Shown piece by piece: positions 27,775-37,283 of a stretch of 64,000 nucleotides of DNA. This DNA is from Clostridia bacterium. Its GTDB lineage: Bacteria > Bacillota > Clostridia > Oscillospirales > CAG-272. A program made the position numbers and the translations under genes. The notes under the pieces are model-generated. The model ran no database searches. It was not told where the DNA came from and was given only the letters and a program-made list of their open reading frames with translations. How positions within the stretch are numbered: position 1 is the first letter of the stretch; each line of letters starts with the position of its first letter. The stretch spans positions 4,407-68,406 of the forward strand of contig JAFVXH010000022.1 of NCBI GenBank assembly GCA_017501225.1. The letters are read 5' to 3'.

Positions 27775-29147
27775 GCTTCCTCAGCCTCTGCAACCTGCAT
27801 CATGATCGCGCACTCCATACGCTTTTTGAAGAGCTCGCAGCCGTACTGATATACGCCTCCGATGCTTCCCGTTGCGTGATAGGAGTTTGCGGCGCAGCCG
27901 CCCGAGCAATAGAGCTTTGCCCAGCATTCGCGGCACTCGGGACGGGAGTAGGCATTACAATGGCGGAAGCCCTCCTGAACCTCGGTGTTCTGCACGCCGT
28001 TCCAGATGTCGCCAAGACGGTACGCCTCGTCGCCCACGAATTGGTGGCAGGGGTACAGATCTCCCCAAGGTGTGACAGCCAGATATTCCGTGCCCGAGCC
28101 GCAGCCCGTGATCCTTTTATAGATGCAGGGACCGTGCTTCAGATCGATCATGTAATGGTAGAACGTGAAGGGACGTCCCTCCTTTTTGCGCTTGAGCATC
28201 TCCTTGGCAAGGATCTCGTACTGCTCGAACAGAACGGGAAGATCCTCGGGAGTCAGGGCATAGGGGTCGGTCGGAGGGCAGACGACGGGCTCCATGCTAA
28301 GCTCGGTAAAGCCGAGATCCGCCATGTGGAACAGGTCGTTTGTAAAATCGGTATTGTTATGGGTAAAGGTGCCTCTGACATAGTAGCTCTTATCTCCGCG
28401 CTTTTCGATGAAGCGCAGGAAGTTGGGAAGGATCTTATCGTAGCTTCCCTTGCCGGCAAAGTCGCGGCGGAAGTGGTCGTGCACCTCGCGACGACCGTCC
28501 AGACTGAGAACCACGTTGGACATCTCGCGATTGCAGAATTCGATGACCTCGTCATCCAGAAGCACACCGTTGGTGGTCAGGGTAAAGCGGAAATTCTTAT
28601 TATGCTCCTTTTCGATGCTGCGGGCGTAAGCGACCAGCTGCTTGACCACGTCCCAGTTCATCAGGGGCTCGCCACCGAAGAAATCGACCTCCAGATTGCG
28701 GCGCGTGTCGGAATTTGCGATCAGAAAATCAAACGCCTGCTTGCCGACCTCAAAGCTCATCAGCGCGCGCTCGCCCTGATATTTTCCCTGGCTGGCAAAG
28801 CAGTAGGAGCAGTTGAGATTGCAGGTGTGCGCCACGTGAAGGCAGAGCGCCTTTACCACCTTGGAGTTGTTCTTGTAATCGATCGCAAGTCCCTCGTAGG
28901 TGTCCTCGGAAAAGAGCTTTCCGGCACTCTCCAGTGCTTCGATGTCCGAAATGCAGGCAAGGATCTCCTCACGCGTGACGTCGGGGCGCTGACCGTATTT
29001 TTGCAGAATTTCCCCGACAATTTGCTCACGTGTATGCGTTTTATAGAGCGCGATGATGTCATACGCGACCTCATCGACGGTGTGGACCGAGCCGCTTGCG
29101 GTATCCAGCACGATATTGTATCCGTTGAGTTTGTACTGATGTACCAT
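27771..29147 (-). CDS. scfB: thioether cross-link-forming SCIFF peptide maturase (radical SAM/SPASM)
   Basis: Trimmed to MVHQYKLNGYNIVLDTASGSVHTVDEVAYD.. (AAGGAGA RBS). CNLNCSYCF radical SAM motif and a Cys-rich C-terminal SPASM region (..CRECWAKLYCSGGCAAN..). Confidence 0.88.
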   Translation of the reverse strand: MVHQYKLNGYNIVLDTASGSVHTVDEVAYDIIALYKTHTREQIVGEILQKYGQRPDVTREEILACISDIEALESAGKLFSEDTYEGLAIDYKNNSKVVKALCLHVAHTCNLNCSYCFASQGKYQGERALMSFEVGKQAFDFLIANSDTRRNLEVDFFGGEPLMNWDVVKQLVAYARSIEKEHNKNFRFTLTTNGVLLDDEVIEFCNREMSNVVLSLDGRREVHDHFRRDFAGKGSYDKILPNFLRFIEKRGDKSYYVRGTFTHNNTDFTNDLFHMADLGFTELSMEPVVCPPTDPYALTPEDLPVLFEQYEILAKEMLKRKKEGRPFTFYHYMIDLKHGPCIYKRITGCGSGTEYLAVTPWGDLYPCHQFVGDEAYRLGDIWNGVQNTEVQEGFRHCNAYSRPECRECWAKLYCSGGCAANSYHATGSIGGVYQYGCELFKKRMECAIMMQVAEAEEA

Positions 29148-29220
29148 GTACAGTCTCCTTTTTTGACAAATATAAAACGCTGGCTTATACAAGACAGCGT
29201 TTTTGAGGTTGTTTTGTTGT

Positions 29221-29367
29221 TTAAGCGTTCTTGTTTTCGCAGTTCTGATTGATCACGCCGCAGGAGGTCTTGCAAGCGGACTGGCAGGAGGTCTGGCACT
29301 CGCCGCAACCGCCATTCTTTACGGTGTTCTGAATATTCTTGGTTTCAATGGTCTTAATTCTTTCCAT
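29221..29367 (-). CDS. scfA: SCIFF (six-cysteines-in-forty-five) ribosomal peptide precursor
   Basis: Absent from the ORF track (48 aa). My translation is MERIKTIETKNIQNTVKNGGCGECQTSCQSACKTSCGVINQNCENKNA, with exactly six Cys and the GGCGECQTSCQSACKTSC core. GGAGAC RBS. 73 nt upstream of scfB. Confidence 0.9.
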   Translation of the reverse strand: MERIKTIETKNIQNTVKNGGCGECQTSCQSACKTSCGVINQNCENKNA

Positions 29368-29428
29368 GTTCAAAGTCTCCTTATCTCGTTTGTTTCGGGC
29401 GGACGCACCGCCCCTTATTCAATTTGTT

Positions 29429-29457
29429 ATTATATCATATTCCGTTCTCTCTGTCAA
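29429..29457 (-). promoter_or_regulatory. consensus promoter for scfA-scfB
   Basis: Minus strand reads TTGACA (29457-29452), 17-nt spacer, TATAAT (29434-29429). Confidence 0.65.
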
Positions 29458-29602
29458 GGCGAAATCGAAAAAAAACGAAAAAAGCGGGCTTTTATTTTCC
29501 TCCGCCTTCAAAAATGAGAAAAGGAGTGCGTTCCCATCCGTCCAAAGCCCTGCATTTTTGAAGATACGTATGCGTTTTTTCGCATTTTTTATGAAAAGAG
29601 GG

Positions 29603-29631
29603 TAGACAAATTCCGCAAAACGTGTTAGAAT
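29603..29631 (+). promoter_or_regulatory. candidate promoter for mgsA
   Basis: TAGACA, 17-nt spacer, TAGAAT, about 50 nt upstream of the ATG. Confidence 0.4.
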
Positions 29632-29682
29632 GAAGGAAACAAGTCAGCGCACAACGGTTTGCGCGAAAGGAGCTTTGGATTT

Positions 29683-30063
29683 ATGAAAATCGCATTGATC
29701 GCACACGATAAAAAGAAGGATGCCATGATCGAATTGGCGATCCGCTACCGCGACGTATTGAGCCAACACGAGCTTTGCGCCACGGGAACGACGGGCACGC
29801 TCGTCATGGGAGAAACGGGGCTTCGGATCACCCGCATGAAAAGCGGTCCTCTGGGAGGAGATCAGCAGATCGGCTCCATGATCGCGGAGGGAAATCTGGA
29901 CCTGGTCGTGTTTCTGCGCGATCCTTTGACGGCACAGCCTCACGAGCCTGACGTTTCCGCGCTGCTGCGCCTTTGCGACGTGCAGAATATCCCGCTTGCC
30001 ACCAACGTACAAAGCGCGAAGATCATGCTGGAATGCCTGCGCGACGGCGGCTTCGAAAAATAA
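29683..30063 (+). CDS. mgsA: methylglyoxal synthase
   Basis: Trimmed to [17 protein letters not shown].. Motifs [27 protein letters not shown]. Confidence 0.92.
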   Translation: MKIALIAHDKKKDAMIELAIRYRDVLSQHELCATGTTGTLVMGETGLRITRMKSGPLGGDQQIGSMIAEGNLDLVVFLRDPLTAQPHEPDVSALLRLCDVQNIPLATNVQSAKIMLECLRDGGFEK

Positions 30064-30164
30064 CGGAGATGCGGCGCGGAGCCGCGGAATTTACCGATCT
30101 GCACGCGCGGACGTCCGCTAAGATCAAAATTTCCAAACACGCAACGGTTTGTTCATAAAATCCT

Positions 30165-30206
30165 GCCGGTTGTTTCCCGTTTTTCGGGAAATCACCGGCT
30201 TTTGTT
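30165..30206 (+). terminator. intrinsic terminator after mgsA
   Basis: GCCGGTTGTTTCCCG-tttttc-GGGAAATCACCGGC followed by TTTTGTT. Confidence 0.65.
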
Positions 30207-30565
30207 ATTATTGCACATTTTTCTGCTGTGATTTTCGACCTTTTAGACAAACGCGCCGTTTTACACCCTCCGTTTTTCGATTTTGGAAAGCGCAAATCGA
30301 GGTACGTGTTGCGTTATTTGCGTATTTGCGATGTGGGGAGCAGCCTTGCATATCATGAATACGGACATTAATCCGGCAAACATGTCCTAATTGTTCATTG
30401 CCTTTTGCGGCAAAATCAGGTACAATAAATTGGATATCGGCGCGCATTCAAACTGTTTATTATTATATATAAATAATATCGCACGCATGTGCGGGAATGC
30501 TGCAATGCCGGAGAGCGGTATTTTACCGCCGCTTCCACCAATCAACCGAAAAATGAGGTACCGAA

Positions 30566-31975
30566 ATGACGAACAAAAAAAGATTACCCACCGCCTTGAT
30601 CTGCTTGCTTCTCTTGATCTCCGTTGTGCTGATCTCCTGTGCCGGCGGCACCGATTCGGGTAGCTCGACCACGGAAAAGACCACTGCAGAGTCCACGCCT
30701 GAGGCAACCACGGATGCAACCACCGAAGCAACTACGGTGGCAACGACAGAGGCAACGACAGAGGCAACGACGGAAGCCACCACGGTGGCAACGGGCTCGG
30801 ACGGATTTCCGCTGATCCCCACAGATCTTACCGCCGAGGTGATCGGAAAGGGAAATCAGATCCTTTCCCGTCTTGTGGACGATCCCATCACCGTGGAGAT
30901 TCACGACGGCGTGACCATTGATCTCAAATATCAGGGCTGGCCTACCATCTGTACCAGTGCCGACGGAAGCGTCATCTACGCCGTTTCCTCGGTGCGGATC
31001 GCCCACGTTGATATTTTCGGAGCCATCGGCTTTACCAAGAGTACGGACGGCGGCAAGACCTGGGAGCCCCTTCGCATCATCAAGGATACCCCTCTTGACG
31101 ACCGTGACTCGGGCATCGTGGACCTTGGAAACGGACACCTGATGGTGACCTGGTTTACACACGACGCAGTCAAATACCTGGATGGCGGAGTCTACCAGGC
31201 CTATCGCCGCAATCTTACCCAAGAGCAGCGGGATGCCGTGGATGCGCGTCTTGGTGCTTTGAGCGGAGAAGCGGCATTGGAAGGCTCTTACGTGATGCAC
31301 TCCTTGGATTACGGACAGACCTGGGGCGAGCCTATCGCCATTCCCGTAACGCTGCCGCACGGCGCAACCCTGATGCAGGACGGAAAAACCCTGATCTGCA
31401 TCGGACTGAAATGGGGAACCGCGGGCGCTTCCTTGGAAGGCGGCAAACGTATGCACATATTCAAGAGTGAAGACGGCGGCTATACCTGGAAATTCCACGG
31501 AACCCTTGATACGTCCGGCTTCAGCAGTCCCAGTGAGGCACATATTATTCAGCTGCGCGACGGCTCCTTCCTTGCCGCGTTCCGCTACGTTGTGGATGCG
31601 GGCAACAGTCTCGCGATCGGAACGGCAGTTGCTACCTCCCGCAACGGGACGCATTGGCAGGCACCCGTATCGGTCGGAGCGTCCGATCACAACGGAGCGC
31701 CCCCGCACCTGTTGGAGCTCTCCAACGGAATCGTGGTTCTGACCTACGGTCACAGACTCTTTCCCACGGGCATCCGCGCCCGCCTGAGCTACGACGGCGG
31801 ACACACCTGGGAGGACGAGATCGAGCTTTCCCGCTCACAGACCTGGGAGCAAACCGACCTCGGTTACCCCTCCACGGTCGAGCTTGCCGACGGAACCCTC
31901 CTGACTGCATACTATCAGCCGTATGGCAAGGACGGTCAGTGCTCCTTCCTGTTTGTGAAGTGGCAGCTGGTATAA
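30566..31975 (+). CDS. sialidase-like BNR/Asp-box beta-propeller lipoprotein (array gene 1, TEAT-linker type)
   Basis: 469 aa. Lipobox LLISVVLISCAGG and linker ..ATTEATTEATTEATTVATG. Asp-boxes STDGGKTW, SLDYGQTW, SEDGGYTW, SRNGTHW, SYDGGHTW. Shared motifs GWPT, DTPLDDRD, APPHL, GYPS. Confidence 0.75.
   Translation: MTNKKRLPTALICLLLLISVVLISCAGGTDSGSSTTEKTTAESTPEATTDATTEATTVATTEATTEATTEATTVATGSDGFPLIPTDLTAEVIGKGNQILSRLVDDPITVEIHDGVTIDLKYQGWPTICTSADGSVIYAVSSVRIAHVDIFGAIGFTKSTDGGKTWEPLRIIKDTPLDDRDSGIVDLGNGHLMVTWFTHDAVKYLDGGVYQAYRRNLTQEQRDAVDARLGALSGEAALEGSYVMHSLDYGQTWGEPIAIPVTLPHGATLMQDGKTLICIGLKWGTAGASLEGGKRMHIFKSEDGGYTWKFHGTLDTSGFSSPSEAHIIQLRDGSFLAAFRYVVDAGNSLAIGTAVATSRNGTHWQAPVSVGASDHNGAPPHLLELSNGIVVLTYGHRLFPTGIRARLSYDGGHTWEDEIELSRSQTWEQTDLGYPSTVELADGTLLTAYYQPYGKDGQCSFLFVKWQLV
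30698..30792 (+). repeat. in-frame 12-nt tandem repeat encoding (T-E/D/V-A-T)n linker
   Basis: Imperfect ACNGARGCNACN units inside array gene 1. Confidence 0.8.
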
Positions 31976-32043
31976 TCAGCTTGCCTTTCGATTGAGATCA
32001 AAGCAAAATTCGCTCCATAACGCAAGGAGGTACCAAACTGCGT

Positions 32044-33450
32044 ATGAAAACAAAAAGCTTGCTTACATCCTTGATCTGCCTGCTTCTGATGCTTTCTGCC
32101 GTGCTGATTTCCTGCGGCGAGGGCGCAAATCAGGGTCAGGCAACGGGAGAACCTACGACCGAGGCAACCACCGGCGTGACTACTGATGCAACCACCGAAG
32201 CGACTACCGAGGCAACCACGGAAGCTACCACGGAAGCTACCACGGAAGCCACCACAGTGGCAACGGGAGCGGATGGTTTTCCGCTCATTCCCACAGGCCT
32301 TACGGCAGAGATCATCGGGGAGGACAATCAGATCCTTGCCCGGCTTGTAGACGATCCCATTACCGTGGAGATCTATAACGGTGTCACCATCGACCTGCAC
32401 TATCAGGGCTGGCCTACGGTCTGTACCAATGCTGACGGAAGCGTCATCTATGCCGTTTCCTCGGTGCGAAACGCACACGTTGATATTTTCGGTGCCATCG
32501 GCTTTACCAAGAGCACGGACGGTGGCAAGACCTGGGAGCCCCTTCGCATCATCAAGGATACGCCTCTGGATGACCGTGACTGCGGTATTGTGGACCTTGG
32601 CAACGGACATCTGATGGTAACGTGGTTTACCCACGACGCTGTTAAATACCTTGAAGGTGGCAAATACGATTATTTCCGTAGGGCTCATACAGAGCAAGAG
32701 CTGGACGCTGTTGATGCGCGCCTTGCTGCTCTTAGCGGAGCGGATGCACTTGGGGCATCCTACGTGATGCACTCTTTGGACGGAGGACAAACGTGGGGCG
32801 AGCCCATCGTCATTCCCGTGACAACGCCACACGGCGCGACTCTGGCAAACGACGGCAAGACCCTGATCTGTGCCGGAACCCGATGGGGAACTGCCGGAAA
32901 ACAGCTTGCAAGCGGATACGCGCATATTATCGTCAGCACGGACGGCGGATATACGTGGCAGCGGCGAAGCGGCGTGAACGTTATCGGCTTCAGGGGCGCG
33001 TGTGAGGCACATATCATTCAGCTTCGCAACGGTGGCTTCCTCTGTGCCTTCCGATATGCGGTTACGGTCGGAAGCAACACAAGTGCACTTGCAACGGCAA
33101 TCTCAACCTCTGCGGACGGAATCGATTGGACTGCTCCCGTCCCGATGACGGATATCAATCAGGAGAACGGCGCACCTCCGCATCTGTTGGAGCTTGACAA
33201 CGGCGTCGTGGTGCTGACCTACGGACGTCGCCTGACTCCGACGGGCATCCGCGCCCGCCTGAGCTACGATGGCGGCAAGACCTGGACCAAGGAGATCATC
33301 CTTGCCGTTTCGGATACCTACAGCAAGGCTGATCTTGGATATCCCTCCACGGTTCAGCTTGCGGACGGAACGCTTCTGACGGCTTATTATCAGCCTAAGG
33401 GAAATGATGGCTACTGCTCCTTCCTCTTTGTGAAGTGGCAGCTTACATGA
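32044..33450 (+). CDS. sialidase-like BNR/Asp-box beta-propeller lipoprotein (array gene 2, TEAT-linker type)
   Basis: 468 aa. Lipobox VLISCGEG and linker TTEATTEATTEATTEATTEATTVATG. Closely parallels gene 1 along the whole propeller. Confidence 0.75.
   Translation: MKTKSLLTSLICLLLMLSAVLISCGEGANQGQATGEPTTEATTGVTTDATTEATTEATTEATTEATTEATTVATGADGFPLIPTGLTAEIIGEDNQILARLVDDPITVEIYNGVTIDLHYQGWPTVCTNADGSVIYAVSSVRNAHVDIFGAIGFTKSTDGGKTWEPLRIIKDTPLDDRDCGIVDLGNGHLMVTWFTHDAVKYLEGGKYDYFRRAHTEQELDAVDARLAALSGADALGASYVMHSLDGGQTWGEPIVIPVTTPHGATLANDGKTLICAGTRWGTAGKQLASGYAHIIVSTDGGYTWQRRSGVNVIGFRGACEAHIIQLRNGGFLCAFRYAVTVGSNTSALATAISTSADGIDWTAPVPMTDINQENGAPPHLLELDNGVVVLTYGRRLTPTGIRARLSYDGGKTWTKEIILAVSDTYSKADLGYPSTVQLADGTLLTAYYQPKGNDGYCSFLFVKWQLT
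32155..32262 (+). repeat. in-frame 12-nt tandem repeat encoding (TEAT)n linker
   Basis: Repeated ACCGARGCNACY units inside array gene 2. Confidence 0.8.
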
Positions 33451-33499
33451 TCGGATTTTTTTGCAATCACGATAAACGTATCAAAAGGAGATTGAGGCT

Positions 33500-34705
33500 A
33501 TGAAGAACCGTACGTTTCGGGCAAAGGTGTTGCCCGAGAATTACAACAAGCGTCTGGGAGATAAGCCCATCACGGTGGAGATCTGCAACGGTGTGACCGT
33601 CGATCTGGATTATCACGGCTGGCCCAGCATTCACAGAGGCAAGGACGGCGTACTGTACGCGGTTTCCTCGATCCGCACGCAGCACATCTGCCCCTTTGGC
33701 GCGATCGGACTGACCAAGAGCTACGACGGAGGAGAAACCTGGACGCCTTACCGCATCATTATTGATACGCCCTTGGACGACCGCGATTGCGGCATCGTCG
33801 ATCTTGGCGAGGGGCACCTGATGGTTTGGTGGTTTACACACGATGCGGTGAAATATCTGGAGGGTGAGCCCAAGACGCACCCGTACCGCCACTGGAGATA
33901 CAATCCGGCAAGAACCCCCGAGCAGCTTGCCGCAATCGATGAAAAATACGCAAAGCTTGACGAGGAGGCGGCATGCGGCGGCTCTTACGTGGCACACTCC
34001 CTCGACGGCGGAGAAACCTGGGGTGATCCCATCCGCGTTCCCGTCACCTGCCCCCACGGACCTACCCTGATGAACGACGGGAAGACGTTGATCGTGGCGG
34101 GATATCCGTGGTATTCCTACAAGGTCATGGATCCGCCTCTGCCCGGAAAGCACGTCCATTTGCTCACCAGCACGGACGGTGGATACACCTGGAGCATGCT
34201 CAATTCCATTCCGTTCCCCGCGCGTATCTTTGGGGACGCGTCGGAGTTCCACGTGCTTCAGCTTCGCTCGGGCACCATTCTCGCCGTGTACCGCGACAGC
34301 GGAACGGGGGAGAACCGTGGGCATCTGAAGACCAGCGTCGCGAGAAGCGAGGACGGAGGCAAGACCTGGAGTGAGTTTGAGCGTGTTCCCACCGCTACGG
34401 GTGGACCTCCTCACCTGTTCCAGCTTGCCGACGGCAAGGTGCTTCTGACCTACGGCTGCCGTACGGCTCCCGCTTGCGGTGAAAGATGTGTGGTCAGTGA
34501 CGATGACGGACTTACCTGGAGCAACGAGATGGTCATCAGCGTTGCAACCAGGGGCTTTGACATTGACCTCGGTTACCCCTCCTCCGCACAGGCGGATGAC
34601 GGTAGCATCGTAACGGTTTACTATCAGAAATTCGGCGAGGAGCCCAACTGCTCCTTCCTTTACACCAAATGGGAGCTGATCGAGGAAGGCACCATCGAGA
34701 TCTGA
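33500..34705 (+). CDS. sialidase-like BNR/Asp-box beta-propeller protein, leaderless (array gene 3)
   Basis: 401 aa. Starts MKNRTFRAKVLPENYNKRLGDKPITVEI with no hydrophobic signal. Asp-boxes SYDGGETW, SLDGGETW, STDGGYTW, SEDGGKTW, SDDDGLTW. AAAGGAG RBS. Confidence 0.75.
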   Translation: MKNRTFRAKVLPENYNKRLGDKPITVEICNGVTVDLDYHGWPSIHRGKDGVLYAVSSIRTQHICPFGAIGLTKSYDGGETWTPYRIIIDTPLDDRDCGIVDLGEGHLMVWWFTHDAVKYLEGEPKTHPYRHWRYNPARTPEQLAAIDEKYAKLDEEAACGGSYVAHSLDGGETWGDPIRVPVTCPHGPTLMNDGKTLIVAGYPWYSYKVMDPPLPGKHVHLLTSTDGGYTWSMLNSIPFPARIFGDASEFHVLQLRSGTILAVYRDSGTGENRGHLKTSVARSEDGGKTWSEFERVPTATGGPPHLFQLADGKVLLTYGCRTAPACGERCVVSDDDGLTWSNEMVISVATRGFDIDLGYPSSAQADDGSIVTVYYQKFGEEPNCSFLYTKWELIEEGTIEI

Positions 34706-34777
34706 TACACCTCCCAAGGATGAATACAAAGCAGGGAACTGCACGGCATAAAAAAATTGAAACTCAGAGGTATGATT

Positions 34778-36004
34778 ATGAAAAAGAATCGCACGTTTCG
34801 AGCAAAGGTGTTAAGGGAAAACGCCGAGATCAATCTGGCGCCCAATCCCGTGACGGCAGACGTTTATGACGGCGTGACCATTGACCTGGACTGCCACGGC
34901 TGGCCTACCATTCATAAGGGAATGGACGGCACGCTTTATGCTGTTTCCTCGGTCAGAAAGACGCATATGGATCCTTACGGTGCCATCGGTATGACGCAAA
35001 GCTCGGACGGAGGACAGACCTGGACGCCTTACCGCATCATCATTGATACGCCCCTGGATGACCGCGATTGCGGTATCATCGATCTTGGTGGCGGACACCT
35101 GATGGTATGGTGGTTTTCTCCCGATGCAACTAACTATCTGGGAAAGAACTACCGCGATTGGTACTACTATCGCTGTAACGCCGCGCAAAGAGATGCGCTG
35201 CTCAAGAAAATGGAATCTATCGTCGGTACGGAGGCGGCGCTCGGCGGCTCCTTCGTGTCGCACTCTCTGGACGGCGGAAAAACCTGGGGCGAGAAGATGC
35301 GCGTTCCGGTATCCAGCCCTCACGGACCTACCCTGATGAATGACGGAAAGACACTCTTGTCCTCCGGTCACTACTATTTCTCCGAGCGTTACGACGGACA
35401 AAAGTGGGTGCAGCCCAACATTTACGCCGTGATCAGTAAGGACGGCGGATATACCTGGGAGGTGCTCGCATCTCTCCCGCGTCCCAAGCCTACGTTCGGA
35501 TGCCCCTGCGAGCCGCACATTCTGCAGCTCAAGGACGGAACGATCCTGCTGGCTTACCGCGACAACGGTAACGGTCCTGACCGCGGAGAGCTTAAAACCT
35601 CGATCGCGAGAAGCGAGGACGGAGGCAAGACCTGGAGCGAATTTGAGCGCGTGCTCAACGCCAACGGCGGACCTCCTCACCTGTATCAGCTGAACGACGG
35701 CAAGGTGCTCCTGACCTACGGTTGCCGCACCGCTCCCGCGTGTGGGGAACGTTGCGTCGTCAGTGAGGACAGCGGCAAGACCTGGAGCAACGAGATGGTG
35801 CTCAGCGTCGCAAAGGCAGGCTATTGTAACGATTTGGGTTATCCCTCCTCCACACAGCTGGACGACGGCACGATCCTGAGCCTTTACTATCAGCGTCTTG
35901 ACAACAACGAGGCGGATGACGACAAGTTGATGTACGCCCCCTCACTCCTGCTTACCAAATGGAATTTGATCGAGGAAGCGGGCTGGTACGAGGACGAGGA
36001 ATGA
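34778..36004 (+). CDS. sialidase-like BNR/Asp-box beta-propeller protein, leaderless (array gene 4)
   Basis: Start chosen at MKKNRTFRAKVLRENAEINLAPNPVT by analogy with genes 5 and 6 (the track ORF starts 21 nt earlier). 408 aa, five Asp-boxes. Confidence 0.75.
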   Translation: MKKNRTFRAKVLRENAEINLAPNPVTADVYDGVTIDLDCHGWPTIHKGMDGTLYAVSSVRKTHMDPYGAIGMTQSSDGGQTWTPYRIIIDTPLDDRDCGIIDLGGGHLMVWWFSPDATNYLGKNYRDWYYYRCNAAQRDALLKKMESIVGTEAALGGSFVSHSLDGGKTWGEKMRVPVSSPHGPTLMNDGKTLLSSGHYYFSERYDGQKWVQPNIYAVISKDGGYTWEVLASLPRPKPTFGCPCEPHILQLKDGTILLAYRDNGNGPDRGELKTSIARSEDGGKTWSEFERVLNANGGPPHLYQLNDGKVLLTYGCRTAPACGERCVVSEDSGKTWSNEMVLSVAKAGYCNDLGYPSSTQLDDGTILSLYYQRLDNNEADDDKLMYAPSLLLTKWNLIEEAGWYEDEE

Positions 36005-36014
36005 AAAAACTGCT

Positions 36015-37244
36015 ATGAAGAAGAATCGTACGTTTCGGGCAAAGGTACTGAAAGAGAACGCCGAGATCAATCTCGCTCCCAATCCCGTGACGGCAGAGGT
36101 CGGCGGTGGTGTGACCATTGATCTGGACTATCACGGCTGGCCAACGCTTCACAAGGGACTTGACGGAACGCTTTACGCGGTTTCCTCGGTGCGCAAAACG
36201 CACGTTGATCCCTACGGTGCGATAGGCCTTACGCAAAGCTTTGACGGCGGCAAGACCTGGACGCCCTATCGCATCATTATGGACACTCCGTTGGATGATC
36301 GTGACTGCAGTCTGATCGACCTGGGTGGAGGACATCTGATGCTCTGGTGGTTTTCTCCCGACGCGTCCTCTTATATCGGCGACCGCTACCGTGAATTCTA
36401 TTTCCGCCGTTGCTCCAGTAAGGAGCAAGAGGTGGAGCTACTCAAGAAAATGGAAGCTCTTGAGGGTGAGGATGCCCTTGGCGGCTCCTTCGTGTCGCAC
36501 TCGCTGGACGGCGGTAAGACCTGGAGCAAAAAAGCGCGCGTTCCGGTATCCTCTCCGCACGGTCCCGTCCTGATGAACGACGGAAAAACTCTGCTTGCGG
36601 CAGGACACTACTATTTTTCCGAGCGTTACGACGGACAAAAGTGGACGAAGAACATTCACCTCGTCTGCAGCCGTGACGGCGGATATACCTGGGAACGCTT
36701 TGCGGAGCGTCCGAGACCCGCTATCAACTTCGGAACTCCGTGTGAACCTCACGTGCTCCAGCTTCGCGACGGCACGATCCTGCTTGCCTACCGCGACAGC
36801 CACAGAATGTCCGATGAGGTGCGCGGAGGGCTGAAGACCTGCATTGCCCGTTCCGAGGACGGCGGCAAGACCTGGACCGATTTCGAGCGCGTCATCAACG
36901 CAAACGGAGGACCACCTCATCTGTATCAGCTCAGTGACGGCAAGGTGCTCCTGACCTACAGCTGCCGTTACGCTCCCGCGTGCGGTCAGCGCTGCGTTGT
37001 CAGTGAGGACGGCGGCAAGACGTGGAGCAACGAGATGGTGCTCAGCGTCGCAAAGGACGCCTTCCACCACGATCTGGGCTACCCCTCCTCCGTACAGCTG
37101 GAGGACGGCACCATTCTGACACTGTTTTATCAGCGTCTGGACGATGATCCCGAAGCGCCAAAAACGCTTCTTTACCACTGCTCGCTTCTCCTGACCAAAT
37201 GGAATCTGATCGAGGAAGCCGGCTGGTATGAAACCGAAGATTGA
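36015..37244 (+). CDS. sialidase-like BNR/Asp-box beta-propeller protein, leaderless (array gene 5)
   Basis: 409 aa. MKKNRTFRAKVLKENAEINLAPNPVT. Asp-boxes SFDGGKTW, SLDGGKTW, SRDGGYTW, SEDGGKTW, SEDGGKTW. Confidence 0.75.
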   Translation: MKKNRTFRAKVLKENAEINLAPNPVTAEVGGGVTIDLDYHGWPTLHKGLDGTLYAVSSVRKTHVDPYGAIGLTQSFDGGKTWTPYRIIMDTPLDDRDCSLIDLGGGHLMLWWFSPDASSYIGDRYREFYFRRCSSKEQEVELLKKMEALEGEDALGGSFVSHSLDGGKTWSKKARVPVSSPHGPVLMNDGKTLLAAGHYYFSERYDGQKWTKNIHLVCSRDGGYTWERFAERPRPAINFGTPCEPHVLQLRDGTILLAYRDSHRMSDEVRGGLKTCIARSEDGGKTWTDFERVINANGGPPHLYQLSDGKVLLTYSCRYAPACGQRCVVSEDGGKTWSNEMVLSVAKDAFHHDLGYPSSVQLEDGTILTLFYQRLDDDPEAPKTLLYHCSLLLTKWNLIEEAGWYETED

Positions 37245-37283
37245 AGTTCTGAAAAATACGCATAAAAGCACAGAGGTGTAATT

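Noticed and set aside
30698-30792. Short tandem repeats in array genes 1, 2 and 11, considered as a possible CRISPR array or non-coding satellite.
   Set aside because: The units are 12 nt with no spacers. They are in frame inside well-supported CDSs and encode TEAT linkers. There are no cas genes.
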